Part shown: positions 63,754 through 64,000 of the stretch, one piece after another
Numbering within the stretch: position 1 is the stretch's first letter
Layout of the letters: every line of letters starts with the position of its first letter
NCBI RefSeq assembly: GCF_018977255.1
Contig: NW_024704742.1
Location: 93,374,001 to 93,438,000, forward strand
Direction: 5' to 3'
Source of the DNA: Callorhinchus milii
Lineage: Eukaryota
DNA length: 64,000 bases
Position numbers and translations under genes: made by a program
Notes under the pieces: generated by a model
Seen by the model: the letters and a program-made list of their open reading frames with translations, nothing else
Database searches by the model: none
Told to the model about the DNA's origin: nothing

Positions 63754-64000
63754 GGCTCTGTCCTTGGTTCCCTCCTCTTCAATATCTATATGCTCCCTTT
63801 TGGTAACATCATCCGCAGACATGGGGTCAATTTCCACATGTACGCAGATGACACCCAACTCTACCTCTCTGCCTCCACTCTTGACTCCAGGACCACTGCT
63901 GTCCTGACAGACATCAAGTCCTGGATGAGAGCTAACTTTCTTCAGTTGAACGTCAACAAGACCGAGGCTCTCCTGATCGGCTCACATAAGCGCTTCCACA
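63754..64000 (+). mobile_element. L2 LINE RT fragment running off the window
   Basis: Translates [39 protein letters not shown] (YADD motif). Confidence 0.9.

Noticed and set aside
44956..64000. Downstream CDC14B exons (DRL.FAIL...)
   Set aside because: None found by eye; presumably beyond the window, although a diverged exon could have been missed.
1..64000. CRISPR arrays, operons or other prokaryotic systems
   Set aside because: The sequence is eukaryotic with spliceosomal introns, and no regularly spaced repeat-spacer array was seen.

Overview
AT-rich, repeat-dense vertebrate genomic DNA. The repeat families (tRNA-derived Deu-domain SINEs, L2/CR1 LINEs, a shark-type Penelope LTR) point to a cartilaginous fish, probably a chimaera; this is inference. 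Three spliced + strand loci were reconstructed by hand; the ORF track shows them only in fragments or not at all. (1) An intact two-exon FAM240-family microprotein of 93 aa (7444-9410). (2) A complete six-exon PRXL2C/AAED1 locus (31673-38386) with several independent disabling lesions: in-frame TAG in exon 1, a 5-bp frameshifting duplication in exon 2, a GT>GG donor after exon 5, and an apparent 15-nt deletion. It is a candidate unitary pseudogene. (3) The CpG-island first coding exon of CDC14B (44802-44955), whose intron 1 appears to run to the window end. The rest is about 20 copies of a young SINE in two subfamilies, older SINEs, LINE remnants, MITEs, microsatellites and a Penelope-type insertion with a degenerate hammerhead ribozyme core. 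Homologue comparisons use sequences recalled from memory; no database search was run.
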